A stretch of DNA of 64,000 bases, taken from Escherichia coli (lineage in GTDB: Bacteria; Pseudomonadota; Gammaproteobacteria; Enterobacterales; Enterobacteriaceae). Below are positions 46,001-58,842 of this stretch, one piece after another (position 1 is the first letter of the stretch; each line of letters starts with the position of its first letter). The stretch lies in assembly GCF_024298765.1 (NCBI RefSeq), contig NZ_CP101210.1, one strand, 5' to 3'. A model generated the notes under the pieces. That model saw nothing but the letters and a program-made list of their open reading frames with translations. It made no database searches and was not told the DNA's origin. The translations under genes and the position numbers were made by a program.

Positions 46001-46967
46001 CACCTTTGTCGCCCCGACGCTGATCGAACTGGATAACTTTGCCGAATTGCAAAAGGAGGTCTTTGGTCCGGTGCTGCATGTGGTGCGTTATAACCGTAAC
46101 CAGCTGCCGGAACTGATCGAGCAGATTAACGCTTCCGGCTATGGTCTGACGCTTGGCGTTCATACGCGTATTGATGAAACCATCGCCCAGGTCACTGGCT
46201 CGGCCCATGTCGGTAACCTGTACGTTAACCGTAATATGGTGGGCGCAGTGGTCGGGGTGCAGCCATTCGGCGGCGAAGGGTTGTCCGGCACCGGGCCGAA
46301 AGCAGGCGGTCCGCTCTATCTCTACCGTCTGCTGGCGAATCGCCCGGAAAGTGCACTGGCAGTGACGCTCGCGCGTCAGGATGCAGAGTATCCGGTGGAT
46401 GCGCAGTTGAAAGCCGCATTGATCCAGCCGCTAAATGCACTGCGGGAATGGGCGGCAAACCGTCCAGAATTGCAGGCGTTATGTACGCAATATGGCGAGC
46501 TGGCGCAGGCAGGAACACAGCGATTGCTGCCAGGGCCGACGGGTGAACGCAACACCTGGACGCTGCTGCCGCGTGAGCGCGTGTTGTGTATTGCGGATGA
46601 TGAACAGGATGCGCTGACTCAGCTCGCCGCCGTGCTGGCGGTGGGCAGCCAGGTACTGTGGCCGGATGACGCGCTGCATCGTCAGTTAGTGAAGGCATTG
46701 CCATCGGCAGTCAGCGAACGTATTCAACTGGCGAAAGCGGAAAATATAACCGCTCAACCGTTTGATGCGGTGATCTTCCACGGTGATTCGGATCAGCTTC
46801 GCGCATTGTGTGAAGCAGTTGCCGCGCGGGATGGCGCAATTGTTTCGGTGCAGGGTTTTGCCCGTGGCGAAAGCAATATCCTTCTGGAACGGCTGTATAT
46901 CGAGCGTTCGCTGAGTGTGAATACCGCTGCTGCTGGCGGTAACGCCAGTTTAATGACGATCGGTTAA
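43005..46967 (+). CDS. putA: Bifunctional proline dehydrogenase / P5C dehydrogenase and transcriptional repressor PutA (1320 aa)
   Basis: The internal ATG of ORF 42939..46967 gives MGTTTMGVKLDDATRERIKSAATRIDRTPHWLIKQAIFSY, a ribbon-helix-helix N-terminus. Confidence 0.96.
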   Translation: MGTTTMGVKLDDATRERIKSAATRIDRTPHWLIKQAIFSYLEQLENSDTLPELPALLSGAANESDEAPTPAEEPHQPFLDFAEQILPQSVSRAAITAAYRRPETEAVSMLLEQARLPQPVAEQAHKLAYQLADKLRNQKNASGRAGMVQGLLQEFSLSSQEGVALMCLAEALLRIPDKATRDALIRDKISNGNWQSHIGRSPSLFVNAATWGLLFTGKLVSTHNEASLSRSLNRIIGKSGEPLIRKGVDMAMRLMGEQFVTGETIAEALANARKLEEKGFRYSYDMLGEAALTAADAQAYMVSYQQAIHAIGKASNGRGIYEGPGISIKLSALHPRYSRAQYDRVMEELYPRLKSLTLLARQYDIGINIDAEEADRLEISLDLLEKLCFEPELAGWNGIGFVIQAYQKRCPLVIDYLIDLATRSRRRLMIRLVKGAYWDSEIKRAQMDGLEGYPVYTRKVYTDVSYLACAKKLLAVPNLIYPQFATHNAHTLAAIYQLAGQNYYPGQYEFQCLHGMGEPLYEQVTGKVADGKLNRPCRIYAPVGTHETLLAYLVRRLLENGANTSFVNRIADTSLPLDELVADPVTAVEKLAQQEGQTGLPHPKIPLPRDLYGDGRDNSAGLDLANEHRLASLSSALLNSALQKWQALPMLEQSVAAGEMSPVINPAEPKDIVGFVREATPREVEQALESAVNNAPIWFATPPAERAAILHRAAVLMESQMQQLIGILVREAGKTFSNAIAEVREAVDFLHYYAGQVRDDFANETHRPLGPVVCISPWNFPLAIFTGQIAAALAAGNSVLAKPAEQTPLIAAQGIAILLEAGVPPGVVQLLPGRGETVGAQLTGDERVRGVMFTGSTEVATLLQRNIASRLDAQGRPIPLIAETGGMNAMIVDSSALTEQVVVDVLASAFDSAGQRCSALRVLCLQDEIADHTLKMLRGAMAECRMGNPGRLTTDIGPVIDSEAKANIERHIQTMRSKGRPVFQAVRENSEDAREWQSGTFVAPTLIELDNFAELQKEVFGPVLHVVRYNRNQLPELIEQINASGYGLTLGVHTRIDETIAQVTGSAHVGNLYVNRNMVGAVVGVQPFGGEGLSGTGPKAGGPLYLYRLLANRPESALAVTLARQDAEYPVDAQLKAALIQPLNALREWAANRPELQALCTQYGELAQAGTQRLLPGPTGERNTWTLLPRERVLCIADDEQDALTQLAAVLAVGSQVLWPDDALHRQLVKALPSAVSERIQLAKAENITAQPFDAVIFHGDSDQLRALCEAVAARDGAIVSVQGFARGESNILLERLYIERSLSVNTAAAGGNASLMTIG

Positions 46968-46974
46968 ACAGGTA

Positions 46975-47002
46975 GCCGGAGGATGTTACAACCTCCTCCG
47001 GC
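46975..47002. terminator. Bidirectional hairpin between putA and rutR
   Basis: GCCGGAGGA tgttacaacc TCCTCCGGC forms a 9-bp stem. Confidence 0.65.
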
Positions 47003-47006
47003 ATCT

Positions 47007-47645
47007 TTAACGTGGTCGAATCCCCTCAATAATTATCCGCTGCACGTTTTCAACCGTTTGATTGAAAAACACCTCATCGCGCAACGTCGCGCCTGTCACC
47101 GCCTCCACCTGAGGGGCAAAATCGGCGTAATGTTGAGTGGAAGCCCAAATCATAAAAATCAAATGCTGCGGGTCAATCGGCGCGAGTTTGCCGCTTTTGA
47201 CCCAACCGGCAATCAGCGCCGATTTCTCATCAATTAATGCCTTCAAATCGCCCGTCAGTTCATCCATTAACAGCGGTGCACCTGCCAGCATCTCCATACA
47301 GAACAGGCGCGAAGCCTGCGGATAATCGCGTGAGACTTCCAGCTTCAGACGGATGTACTCTTTGATCGCCGCCAGCGGGGCGAAATCTTCACGAAACGCT
47401 TTTAACGGTGCCAGCCAGATATCGAGAATCTGCCGCAGTACGGCTATATACAGCGCCTCTTTTGACGGAAAGTAATACAGCAGATTGGTTTTTGAAACAC
47501 CCGCCAACTCCGCGATCTGCTCCAGCCTTGTGCCGTGAAAACCGAATTGTGAAAAAGTGTCCAGTGCTGCGCTAAGAATCGCTTTTTTCTTCGCGCTTAC
47601 TGCGCGCGAACGCTTACCCGTTGTTTTCACTGCGCCTTGCGTCAT
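47007..47645 (-). CDS. rutR: TetR-family repressor RutR (212 aa)
   Basis: The internal ATG of ORF 47007..47672 gives MTQGAVKTTGKRSRAVSAKKKAILSAALDTFSQFGFHGTRLEQIAELAGVSKTNLLYYF. Confidence 0.94.
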   Translation of the reverse strand: MTQGAVKTTGKRSRAVSAKKKAILSAALDTFSQFGFHGTRLEQIAELAGVSKTNLLYYFPSKEALYIAVLRQILDIWLAPLKAFREDFAPLAAIKEYIRLKLEVSRDYPQASRLFCMEMLAGAPLLMDELTGDLKALIDEKSALIAGWVKSGKLAPIDPQHLIFMIWASTQHYADFAPQVEAVTGATLRDEVFFNQTVENVQRIIIEGIRPR

Positions 47646-47751
47646 GCGCTCTCCCCTCTTGTTGATTGGCAACAGGATAGCAAAACCCCCGCCCGGCCTC
47701 GACCTTCTGCACTCTCATCGCGCACGAATGCATGTTTTATGTGCAACTGTT

Positions 47752-47767
47752 TTGACCGTTTAGTCCA
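47752..47767. promoter_or_regulatory. Candidate RutR box
   Basis: TTGACCGTTTAGTCCA resembles the palindromic consensus TTGACCAnnTGGTCAA recalled from the literature. The match is partial. Confidence 0.5.
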
Positions 47768-47831
47768 CTTTTTTTCAGGCATTTTAGACAACTTAACATT
47801 AACACATTAATAACATTCACTTTTTAAAAAC

Positions 47832-47847
47832 TGGCATCCGCTTTGCA
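47832..47847 (+). promoter_or_regulatory. Sigma-54 (-24/-12) promoter of the rut operon
   Basis: TGGCATCCGCTTTGCA has GG (47833-47834) and GC (47845-47846) spaced as in the TGGCAC-N5-TTGCA consensus. The rut operon is known to be NtrC/sigma-54 dependent. Confidence 0.75.
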
Positions 47848-47875
47848 AACAAGCCATTACGCGGCTGAAAAGGAT

Positions 47876-49716
<1,841 letters not shown>

Positions 49717-49727
49717 GGAGTTTAACG

Positions 49728-50114
49728 ATGCCAAAATCCGTAATTATTCCTGCTGGCAGCAGCGCACCGCTGGCCCCCTTCGTTCCCGGCACGCTGGCTG
49801 ATGGCGTGGTGTATGTCTCCGGTACGCTGGCTTTTGATCAACATAACAACGTGCTGTTTGCCGATGACCCAAAGGCGCAAACCCGCCACGTTCTGGAAAC
49901 CATCCGCAAGGTCATCGAGACGGCGGGTGGCACGATGGCGGATGTGACCTTCAACAGCATCTTTATTACCGACTGGAAAAATTACGCCGCGATTAACGAA
50001 ATCTACGCCGAGTTTTTCCCGGGTGACAAACCGGCGCGATTCTGCATTCAGTGCGGACTGGTAAAACCTGACGCGCTGGTGGAAATCGCCACAATTGCGC
50101 ATATCGCCAAGTGA
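49728..50114 (+). CDS. rutC: Aminoacrylate peracid reductase RutC (RidA/YjgF family)
   Basis: 128-aa ORF. Confidence 0.93.
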
Positions 50115-50121
50115 GGCCGCG

Positions 50122-50934
50122 ATGAAACTTTCACTCTCACCTCCCCCTTATGCTGATGCGCCCGTAGTGGTGTTGATTTCGGGTCTTGGCGGTAGCGGCA
50201 GTTACTGGTTACCGCAACTGGCGGTGCTGGATCAGGAGTATCAGGTAGTCTGTTACGACCAGCGCGGCACCGGCAATAATCCCGACACGCTGGCAGAAGA
50301 TTACAGTATCGCCCAGATGGCAGCGGAACTGCATCAGGCGCTGGTAGCCGCAGGGATTGAGCGTTACGCGGTGGTCGGCCATGCGCTCGGTGCGCTGGTG
50401 GGAATGCAGCTGGCGCTGGATTATCCCGCGTCGGTAACTGTGCTGGTCAGCGTTAACGGCTGGCTACGAATAAACGCCCATACGCGCCGCTGTTTTCAGG
50501 TTCGCGAACAGTTACTACATAGCGGCGGCGCGCAGGCATGGGTGGAAGCGCAGCCGTTGTTCCTCTATCCCGCCGACTGGATGGCGGCCCGCGCACCTCG
50601 CCTTGAGGCAGAAGACGCGCTGGCACTGGCGCATTTTCAAGGCAAAAATAATTTACTGCGTCGACTTAACGCCCTCAAACGCGCTGACTTTAGTCACCAT
50701 GCGGATCGTATCCGCTGCCCGGTGCAAATCATCTGCGCCAGTGATGATCTGCTGGTGCCAACAGCATGTTCCAGTGAACTTCATGCCGCCCTGCCCGATA
50801 GCCAGAAAATGGTGATGCGCTATGGCGGACACGCCTGCAACGTGACCGATCCCGAAACGTTTAATGCTCTGTTACTCAACGGGCTTGCCAGCCTGTTACA
50901 TCACCGTGAAGCCGCCTGTAAGGAATTGCTATGA
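50122..50934 (+). CDS. rutD: Alpha/beta hydrolase RutD
   Basis: The internal ATG of ORF 50095..50934 gives [29 protein letters not shown]. The nucleophile motif GHALGA is present. Confidence 0.92.
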   Translation: MKLSLSPPPYADAPVVVLISGLGGSGSYWLPQLAVLDQEYQVVCYDQRGTGNNPDTLAEDYSIAQMAAELHQALVAAGIERYAVVGHALGALVGMQLALDYPASVTVLVSVNGWLRINAHTRRCFQVREQLLHSGGAQAWVEAQPLFLYPADWMAARAPRLEAEDALALAHFQGKNNLLRRLNALKRADFSHHADRIRCPVQIICASDDLLVPTACSSELHAALPDSQKMVMRYGGHACNVTDPETFNALLLNGLASLLHHREAACKELL

Positions 50935-51521
50935 ACGAAGCCATTAGCCCAGGTGCGCTTAGCACCTTGTTCACCGATGCCCGCACTCACAACGGCTGGC
51001 GGGAGACACCCGTCAGCGATGAGACGTTACGGGAGATTTATGCCCTGATGAAATGGGGGCCGACATCAGCTAACTGTTCTCCGGCACGGATCGTGTTTAT
51101 CCGCACTGCAGAAGGAAAAGAACGTCTGCGCCCGGCGCTTTCCAGCGGCAATCTGCAAAAAACCCTGACCGCGCCCGTCACCGCTATCGTCGCCTGGGAC
51201 AGTGAATTTTATGAACGGTTACCACTACTGTTTCCCCACGGTGATGCCCGCAGTTGGTTTACCTCCAGCCCACAACTTGCCGAAGAAACAGCGTTTCGCA
51301 ACAGTTCCATGCAGGCGGCTTATCTGATCGTCGCCTGCCGCTCGCTGGGGCTGGATACCGGCCCGATGTCGGGCTTTGACCGTCAACACGTGGACGACGC
51401 CTTTTTTACGGGCAGCACGCTGAAGAGCAATCTGCTGATTAATATTGGCTATGGCGATAGCAGCAAGCTTTATGCGCGCCTGCCACGTCTGTCCTTTGAG
51501 GAAACCTGCGGGCTGATGTAA
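50931..51521 (+). CDS. rutE: Malonic semialdehyde reductase RutE (nitroreductase family)
   Basis: 196-aa ORF whose start overlaps the rutD stop. Confidence 0.93.
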   Translation: MNEAISPGALSTLFTDARTHNGWRETPVSDETLREIYALMKWGPTSANCSPARIVFIRTAEGKERLRPALSSGNLQKTLTAPVTAIVAWDSEFYERLPLLFPHGDARSWFTSSPQLAEETAFRNSSMQAAYLIVACRSLGLDTGPMSGFDRQHVDDAFFTGSTLKSNLLINIGYGDSSKLYARLPRLSFEETCGLM

Positions 51522-51531
51522 GGAGCAAACT

Positions 51532-52026
51532 ATGAACATTGTCGATCAACAAACTTTTCGCGATGCGATGTCCTGCATGGGCGCGGCGGTCAATATCATC
51601 ACCACGGACGGTCCAGCCGGGCGCGCCGGGTTCACCGCCAGCGCCGTCTGCAGCGTGACCGATACGCCGCCCACATTACTGGTGTGCCTGAATCGTGGGG
51701 CGTCCGTCTGGCCGGTATTCAATGAAAATCGAACGCTGTGTGTAAATACACTTAGCGCCGGACAGGAGCCGCTTTCAAACCTTTTTGGCGGCAAAACGCC
51801 CATGGAACACCGCTTTGCCGCCGCCCGCTGGCAGACTGGTGTGACCGGATGCCTGCAACTGGAAGAAGCACTGGTTTCGTTTGACTGCCGTATCAGCCAG
51901 GTGGTGAGCGTCGGCACCCACGACATTCTGTTTTGCGCCATCGAAGCGATTCATCGTCACGCCACCCCCTACGGGCTGGTGTGGTTTGATCGCAGTTATC
52001 ACGCGCTGATGCGCCCTGCTTGTTAA
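51532..52026 (+). CDS. rutF: FMN reductase RutF
   Basis: 164-aa ORF of the flavin reductase family. Confidence 0.93.
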   Translation: MNIVDQQTFRDAMSCMGAAVNIITTDGPAGRAGFTASAVCSVTDTPPTLLVCLNRGASVWPVFNENRTLCVNTLSAGQEPLSNLFGGKTPMEHRFAAARWQTGVTGCLQLEEALVSFDCRISQVVSVGTHDILFCAIEAIHRHATPYGLVWFDRSYHALMRPAC

Positions 52027-52046
52027 CCTCCTTAAGGAGACAGCTG

Positions 52047-53375
52047 ATGGCAATGTTCGGTTTTCCTCACTGGCAGTTAAAATCGACCTCTACAGAGAGC
52101 GGCGTGGTCGCGCCGGATGAACGATTGCCGTTTGCTCAGACGGCAGTAATGGGCGTTCAACACGCGGTGGCGATGTTTGGCGCGACGGTGTTAATGCCGA
52201 TTCTGATGGGGCTGGATCCCAATCTTTCCATTTTTATGTCGGGGATCGGCACGTTACTGTTTTTCTTTATTACCGGCGGGCGCGTGCCCAGTTATCTCGG
52301 TTCCAGCGCGGCTTTTGTCGGCGTGGTGATTGCCGCAACGGGCTTTAATGGTCAGGGAATTAATCCGAATATCAGCATCGCGCTGGGCGGGATTATCGCC
52401 TGTGGGCTGGTTTATACCGTCATTGGCCTGGTGGTGATGAAAATCGGTACGCGCTGGATTGAACGACTAATGCCGCCGGTTGTGACGGGTGCGGTAGTGA
52501 TGGCGATTGGCCTGAACTTAGCGCCTATCGCAGTGAAAAATGTATCGGCTTCGGCCTTTGATAGCTGGATGGCGGTAATGACGGTGCTGTGTATTGGGCT
52601 GGTGGCCGTATTTACCCGTGGCATGATCCAGCGATTATTGATTCTCGTAGGATTAATTGTCGCCTGTCTGCTGTATGGCGTGATGACCAACGTTTTAGGG
52701 CTGGGAAAAGCCGTCGATTTTACTCTCGTCAGCCATGCTGCCTGGTTCGGTCTGCCACATTTTTCCACTCCTGCTTTTAATGGTCAGGCAATGATGCTGA
52801 TTGCGCCCGTGGCGGTGATTCTGGTGGCGGAAAACTTAGGTCATCTCAAGGCGGTCGCCGGGATGACCGGACGCAATATGGACCCGTATATGGGGCGGGC
52901 ATTCGTCGGTGATGGTCTGGCGACGATGCTTTCTGGCTCTGTCGGCGGTAGCGGCGTAACCACCTACGCCGAGAATATCGGTGTGATGGCCGTGACAAAA
53001 GTCTACTCGACGCTGGTGTTTGTTGCCGCTGCCGTCATCGCCATGCTGTTGGGCTTTTCGCCGAAATTTGGCGCGCTGATTCATACCATTCCAGCACCGG
53101 TGATTGGTGGTGCATCAATTGTTGTGTTCGGGCTGATTGCCGTCGCAGGCGCAAGGATCTGGGTACAAAACCGTGTCGATTTAAGCCAGAACGGTAATTT
53201 GATTATGGTCGCAGTAACCTTAGTGCTGGGCGCGGGTGATTTTGCTCTCACGCTGGGCGGTTTTACGTTGGGAGGGATCGGTACAGCCACCTTTGGCGCG
53301 ATTTTACTCAATACGTTGTTAAGCAGAAGGTTGGTTGACGTTCCACCGCCAGAAGTTGTTCATCAGGAGCCATAA
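52047..53375 (+). CDS. rutG: Pyrimidine permease RutG (NCS2 family, 442 aa)
   Basis: The internal ATG of ORF 52020..53375 gives MAMFGFPHWQLKSTSTESGVVAPDERLPF... Confidence 0.93.
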   Translation: MAMFGFPHWQLKSTSTESGVVAPDERLPFAQTAVMGVQHAVAMFGATVLMPILMGLDPNLSIFMSGIGTLLFFFITGGRVPSYLGSSAAFVGVVIAATGFNGQGINPNISIALGGIIACGLVYTVIGLVVMKIGTRWIERLMPPVVTGAVVMAIGLNLAPIAVKNVSASAFDSWMAVMTVLCIGLVAVFTRGMIQRLLILVGLIVACLLYGVMTNVLGLGKAVDFTLVSHAAWFGLPHFSTPAFNGQAMMLIAPVAVILVAENLGHLKAVAGMTGRNMDPYMGRAFVGDGLATMLSGSVGGSGVTTYAENIGVMAVTKVYSTLVFVAAAVIAMLLGFSPKFGALIHTIPAPVIGGASIVVFGLIAVAGARIWVQNRVDLSQNGNLIMVAVTLVLGAGDFALTLGGFTLGGIGTATFGAILLNTLLSRRLVDVPPPEVVHQEP

Positions 53376-53457
53376 ATAGAAAACCGCCGGGGTAACCGGC
53401 GGTGATGACTTTTTGACGAGCTTCAGACAAAAATACATTCGTCATTGATTAGCCCGG

Positions 53458-53631
53458 CTAGTTGTCGCTTTTGCCGTGACTGCTCTTGCCACCTTTTTTA
53501 CCTGCTTCAGATGCGCGCTGCGGGTCATTTTTGAAATTACCCCCGCTGTGCTGTCCACCTTTTTTACCTGCTTCTGATGCTCTTTCGCGGTCTTCTGCAA
53601 AATTGCCGGAACCGCCTCGATGGTTTGCCAT
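53458..53631 (-). CDS. ymdF: Stress-induced KGG-repeat protein YmdF (57 aa)
   Basis: The internal ATG of ORF 53458..53661 gives MANHRGGSGNFAEDRERASEAGKKGGQHSGGNFKNDPQRASEAGKKGG... Confidence 0.88.
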   Translation of the reverse strand: MANHRGGSGNFAEDRERASEAGKKGGQHSGGNFKNDPQRASEAGKKGGKSSHGKSDN

Positions 53632-53985
53632 TACTGACCTCCGTCTGGGTATAGACATCATATTGCATAGAATTAACGCGGCGTATGGCGGCTGCCATAT
53701 TTTCGCTACGTGGGACTAAGCTTAGTGAACTGACGCGGGCAGACCCGCGTTTGGTAATATCCTGCAACAGCTTCTTAGCGAGAATAGATATCATCTCCAA
53801 TAATTATCCATAAGCCGCTCTTATGATTAAAAAAACGCGATGAGATAAAAATGTGTCATTTTGCGACAAAATTACGTGCTTGTGAAAGTTGTTATAAATC
53901 AAATAAGTGGTTGTGAAATTTGCACTCTGAAAAGGACGTCTTATCTTTAAATAAGTGGTAGCGAATCGCTACGGAATAGAGATAA

Positions 53986-54600
<615 letters not shown>

Positions 54601-54620
54601 TCTTCAACAGGAGGATACGC

Positions 54621-54848
54621 ATGCCAACTCAAGAAGCGAAAGCTCATCACGTCGGTGAATGGGCATCTCTGCGCAATACGTCGCCGGAAATAGCCGAGGC
54701 CATTTTCGAAGTCGCCGGGTACGACGAAAAAATGGCGGAAAAGATTTGGGAAGAAGGTAGCGATGAAGTGTTAGTCAAAGCCTTTGCTAAGACCGATAAA
54801 GATTCGCTTTTTTGGGGCGAACAGACCATCGAACGTAAAAACGTTTAA
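54621..54848 (+). CDS. yccJ: Small protein YccJ (75 aa)
   Basis: ORF starting [37 protein letters not shown]... Confidence 0.9.
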
Positions 54849-54854
54849 CCAGCG

Positions 54855-54885
54855 ACTCCCCCGCTTCACGCGGGGGAGTTTTCTG
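54855..54885. terminator. Terminator hairpin between yccJ and agp
   Basis: ACTCCCCCG cttcacg CGGGGGAGT is followed by TTTTCTGTT. Confidence 0.8.
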
Positions 54886-56127
54886 TTATTTCACCGCTTC
54901 ATTCAATACGCGATCAAACTTATCCATTGGGCAAAAACCGTTGGCATCTATCGGGCAACCGCTTAATTCCAGCGTCACGCGCTGCGCAGGTGCCTGCAGG
55001 GTTAACGCATCGGCATTACGTAACTGTTCCGCACTCTGGTACACATATTCAATTTTCATCAAATCGCGATTGGCTTTGCTGTCATGCCAACGCTGGAAAA
55101 CGATTTTGCCGCCAATCGGCGTGCGTTCGTTCTGGTCATGCAACTGATACGGTTTGAAATCCAGCGCCGTTAACAGAGAGGCAATGTTGGAGTCGTGCCC
55201 AACTAATACCGTGATTTTCGGTGCACTGGTGCGATCGGTGACCAGGGCTTTGTCGATATAACTGACCAGCGGTTTCGCAACATTGCGCGCCACTTCCGGT
55301 GAGGTAAACAGGCTGTCCTGGTAACCGTTTTTCAGCTTCGACAACACCTTCCACTGCTGGTCAGATTTGATTTCTCCCCAGGCCACCTGATCCATCGGAA
55401 AACCTTCGTAGTATTGCAAAGTAAACGCATCTACCAGCGAGTTGCCGACTTTCAGCGGCCCGGAAACGCCCGGTTCTTGTTGATACTTCGCGCTAAAGGT
55501 ATTTTTGCCATCTACAAGCGAACATTGTTGCTTCTCTTTACACGCAGGAGAATCTTTATAGTTAACGATTTGTTCCAGTAGCTTGTAGCTGTCGGTAAGC
55601 TGGAGTTTGCTGAGCTCTTTCTCCATTGCCGCCACCGCCTGTTCACTGAATGCGGCGGAATCATCGGTGATCACTGGGTTAAAGGTGGGGTCCATAGTGC
55701 CCATTTTTTCCTGGTGATGAACAGGAATATCACACCCAGGGAATGCGCCAGTAATAAAGAACTGCGCGGTCGCGACGGTGCGTTGCAGACTATTGGCATA
55801 GGCATAAACGGTGTCCGGTGGCGGGCATTCCCCTGATTTCACCATCCCCTGTTCTGCCAGCCATTCACGCATATAATGGCCCATATACACTTCGAGCACG
55901 CCCCCTTTAGTGGTGAGCTGCCCACCGGGGACGTCCCATTCAGGCCATTTATTCGGCGTCGACTGCTCCAGCACACTGCCATTGTTCGCCAGCGGCGCAC
56001 GTAAGTTATGACGGCTCATCATAAGGACTTGCTGTAGCTGATAGCCTTCCGGTACGGTTTGTGCCTGAGCATTTGAAGCGAGTAAAACTATCCCTGCCAC
56101 AGTTGCGGCGATTAGCGTTTTGTTCAT
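54886..56127 (-). CDS. agp: Periplasmic glucose-1-phosphatase
   Basis: 413-aa ORF with a signal peptide and the histidine acid phosphatase motif MSRHNLRAP. Confidence 0.95.
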   Translation of the reverse strand: MNKTLIAATVAGIVLLASNAQAQTVPEGYQLQQVLMMSRHNLRAPLANNGSVLEQSTPNKWPEWDVPGGQLTTKGGVLEVYMGHYMREWLAEQGMVKSGECPPPDTVYAYANSLQRTVATAQFFITGAFPGCDIPVHHQEKMGTMDPTFNPVITDDSAAFSEQAVAAMEKELSKLQLTDSYKLLEQIVNYKDSPACKEKQQCSLVDGKNTFSAKYQQEPGVSGPLKVGNSLVDAFTLQYYEGFPMDQVAWGEIKSDQQWKVLSKLKNGYQDSLFTSPEVARNVAKPLVSYIDKALVTDRTSAPKITVLVGHDSNIASLLTALDFKPYQLHDQNERTPIGGKIVFQRWHDSKANRDLMKIEYVYQSAEQLRNADALTLQAPAQRVTLELSGCPIDANGFCPMDKFDRVLNEAVK

Positions 56128-56661
56128 TCCTCATACCTCTTTTGTTATCAATAATTAAAGAGTGTGACAGAAATATGTCATTTTTCCGGGAACAGGTTCG
56201 CAAAATGGCTCGTTGAACGCCTGTTTTTCTATATTCCCCTTTAAAAACAGGCAAGTTTTGACGCAAACTATGCCTGATTAGCCCCGGCCTCGTTTACGCC
56301 GCTAATGATTACATCAGTAGCTATAAAGAAAATCAGCGGCGTTACCATTACCAATAAAAAAAGAATGTGAGACTAATAGAAATGGTTTTTAGCACATGTC
56401 TTTATCATTAAATTGCATAACGATTTAAATAGTCGAGTTGTGCATTCCTTTCCTTATTGTTTAACTTGTAAGCATGAGCCATAAGTTCAGGAGGGAGGTA
56501 AATAAAATATGTTCCTCCCACCTTGAGGCGACCTCCTCTCCGCGATGATTTCAATAACATATTCTGTGTTGGCATATGAAATTTTGAGGATTACCCTACA
56601 CTTATAGGAGTTACCTTACAGGGGTTCCTTCAATTTGAGTTGATTTACGCGAGATAACGCT

Positions 56662-57582
56662 ATGGAATTAAAGGATTATTACGCCATCATGGGCGTGAAA
56701 CCGACGGACGATCTCAAGACAATCAAGACCGCCTATCGTCGACTGGCCCGCAAATACCATCCTGATGTCAGCAAAGAACCGGATGCCGAAGCCCGCTTCA
56801 AAGAGGTCGCTGAAGCCTGGGAAGTGTTAAGTGATGAACAACGTCGCGCTGAGTATGATCAGATGTGGCAACATCGCAACGATCCGCAATTTAGCCGTCA
56901 GTTCCAGCATGGCGACGGTCAGAGTTTTAACGCCGAAGATTTTGACGATATCTTCTCGTCAATTTTCGGTCAGCATGCCCGCCAGAGCCGTCAACGCCCC
57001 GCCACACGCGGCCACGATATTGAAATCGAAGTGGCGGTTTTCCTCGAAGAAACGCTTACTGAGCATAAGCGTACCATCAGCTATAACCTGCCGGTTTATA
57101 ACGCCTTTGGCATGATCGAACAGGAAATCCCGAAAACGCTGAATGTGAAGATCCCGGCGGGCGTCGGCAATGGTCAACGCATCCGCCTGAAAGGCCAGGG
57201 GACGCCGGGCGAAAACGGCGGTCCAAATGGCGACCTGTGGCTGGTGATTCACATTGCGCCACATCCGCTGTTTGATATTGTCGGCCAGGATCTGGAAATA
57301 GTGGTGCCGGTTAGCCCGTGGGAAGCGGCGCTGGGTACTAAAGTCACCGTTCCAACACTGAAAGAAAGCATTTTGCTGACTATCCCGCCTGGCAGCCAGG
57401 CCGGGCAACGATTGCGCGTTAAAGGCAAAGGTCTGGTGAGCAAAAAACAGACCGGCGATCTGTATGCGGTACTGAAAATCGTGATGCCGCCGAAACCGGA
57501 TGAAAACACTGCCGCGCTGTGGCAGCAACTGGCAGACGCCCAGTCGTCTTTTGATCCACGTAAAGATTGGGGGAAAGCATAA
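56662..57582 (+). CDS. cbpA: Curved-DNA-binding DnaJ homologue CbpA
   Basis: 306-aa ORF with a J-domain containing the HPD motif ([15 protein letters not shown]). Confidence 0.96.
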   Translation: MELKDYYAIMGVKPTDDLKTIKTAYRRLARKYHPDVSKEPDAEARFKEVAEAWEVLSDEQRRAEYDQMWQHRNDPQFSRQFQHGDGQSFNAEDFDDIFSSIFGQHARQSRQRPATRGHDIEIEVAVFLEETLTEHKRTISYNLPVYNAFGMIEQEIPKTLNVKIPAGVGNGQRIRLKGQGTPGENGGPNGDLWLVIHIAPHPLFDIVGQDLEIVVPVSPWEAALGTKVTVPTLKESILLTIPPGSQAGQRLRVKGKGLVSKKQTGDLYAVLKIVMPPKPDENTAALWQQLADAQSSFDPRKDWGKA

Positions 57583-57887
57583 TGGCTAATGTTACGGTGA
57601 CTTTTACTATTACCGAATTTTGCCTGCATACCGGCATCTCTGAAGAGGAGTTGAATGAAATTGTCGGTTTGGGGGTGGTTGAACCGAGTGAGATCCAGGA
57701 GACAACCTGGGTATTTGACGACCATGCCGCCATTGTGGTGCAACGCGCGGTACGCCTGCGTCATGAACTGGCTCTGGACTGGCCGGGGATCGCGGTGGCG
57801 CTGACGTTAATGGATGATATTGCGCACCTGAAGCAGGAAAACCGCCTGCTGCGCCAGCGGCTTTCCCGGTTTGTGGCTCACCCGTGA
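57582..57887 (+). CDS. cbpM: CbpA modulator CbpM (101 aa)
   Basis: The internal ATG of ORF 57567..57887 gives [31 protein letters not shown]. The start overlaps the cbpA stop as TAATG. Confidence 0.93.
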   Translation: MANVTVTFTITEFCLHTGISEEELNEIVGLGVVEPSEIQETTWVFDDHAAIVVQRAVRLRHELALDWPGIAVALTLMDDIAHLKQENRLLRQRLSRFVAHP

Positions 57888-57894
57888 GTTTGTT

Positions 57895-58240
57895 GCCTGA
57901 TGCGACGCTTAACGCGTCTTATCAGGCCCACAAAAAGCACTGTTCCCGTAGGCCGGATAAGGCGTTCATGCCGCATCCGGCAACTGCGCCATAATGCCTG
58001 ATGCGACGCTTAACGCATCTTATCAGGCCCACAAAAAGCACTGTTCCCGTAGGCCGGATAAGGCGTTCTCGCCGCATCCGGCAACTGCGCCATAATGCCT
58101 GATGCGACGCTTAACGCATCTTATCAGGCCCACAAAAAGCACTGTTCCCGTAGGCCGGATAAGGCGTTCTCGCCGCATCCGGCAACTGCGCACTAATGCC
58201 TGATGCGACGCCTGCCGCGTCTTATCAGGCCTACAAACGG
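57895..58240. repeat. BIME array: about 3.4 tandem copies of a 101-bp unit built from REP palindromes
   Basis: GCCTGATGCGACGCTTAACGC(G/A)TCTTATCAGGCC...GTAGGCCGGATAAGGCGTT...GCCGCATCCGGCA starts at 57895, 57996, 58097 and 58198. Confidence 0.9.
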
Positions 58241-58242
58241 CA

Positions 58243-58842
58243 TTATCTTTTTTGGTAGTCACACTCCACTAACACCAGCAATAACTGGCTTAGTGCCGCG
58301 TAAAAACCAAAGCTGTCATACTGTCGACAACGCGCAGCAAACTCTGGTAACCATTCCCGCAGAGCCGTCAGTGTTTTTTGCCGCAAACCGTCGATTCTTC
58401 GCGCAGGAACGGTCCCCTCTCCCAGCGAAAAATGCAGATGACTCAACAAATCGAGATAGATCGCCAGATGATCTGCCGGTTCGTTGAAATTGCCGCTGGT
58501 TTCCATCCCCGCCTCAACTAACAAGCGTTTAATCTCTTGCTCGTCCTGTTTGTAGGCCGATGCATACGGCAGCGCCGCTTGTTTGTCGGTCATCAGAAAC
58601 AGGCCGCAAAAGTCAGCGGCCAGTTCCAGACGGGCATCGTCACGTACTGTCAGAGTGGCAATACTGTTTTCCAGCCCATTCACCGCCGCAGTGAGCGGAG
58701 GTTCGCTTTTCAGCAACGAAAACCATTCAGCCATCTGCGCACTGGCGATTTGCGTCAGTTGTTCATCGTCCAGTTCACGGGAGAACAACTGCGCCAGCCA
58801 GGCGTAAACACAGGCAATCTGTTGTGCTGTCAGCGTGGTCAT
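58243..58842 (-). CDS. torD: TMAO reductase maturation chaperone TorD (199 aa)
   Basis: The internal ATG of ORF 58243..58875 gives [29 protein letters not shown]. It overlaps the torA stop as ATGA. Confidence 0.94.
   Translation of the reverse strand: MTTLTAQQIACVYAWLAQLFSRELDDEQLTQIASAQMAEWFSLLKSEPPLTAAVNGLENSIATLTVRDDARLELAADFCGLFLMTDKQAALPYASAYKQDEQEIKRLLVEAGMETSGNFNEPADHLAIYLDLLSHLHFSLGEGTVPARRIDGLRQKTLTALREWLPEFAARCRQYDSFGFYAALSQLLLVLVECDYQKR

Noticed and set aside
56480-56535. A strong Shine-Dalgarno-like GGAGGGAGG followed by ATG TTC CTC CCA CCT TGA (a 5-codon mini-ORF) upstream of cbpA.
   Set aside because: The apparent ribosome-binding site is one arm of an imperfect hairpin with CCTCCCACC. 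A 5-codon ORF has no support without expression data.
57895-58240. Regularly spaced repeats between cbpM and torD as a possible CRISPR array.
   Set aside because: The 101-bp units are contiguous and nearly identical throughout, with no unique spacers. They consist of canonical REP palindromes, and no cas genes are nearby. This is a BIME.
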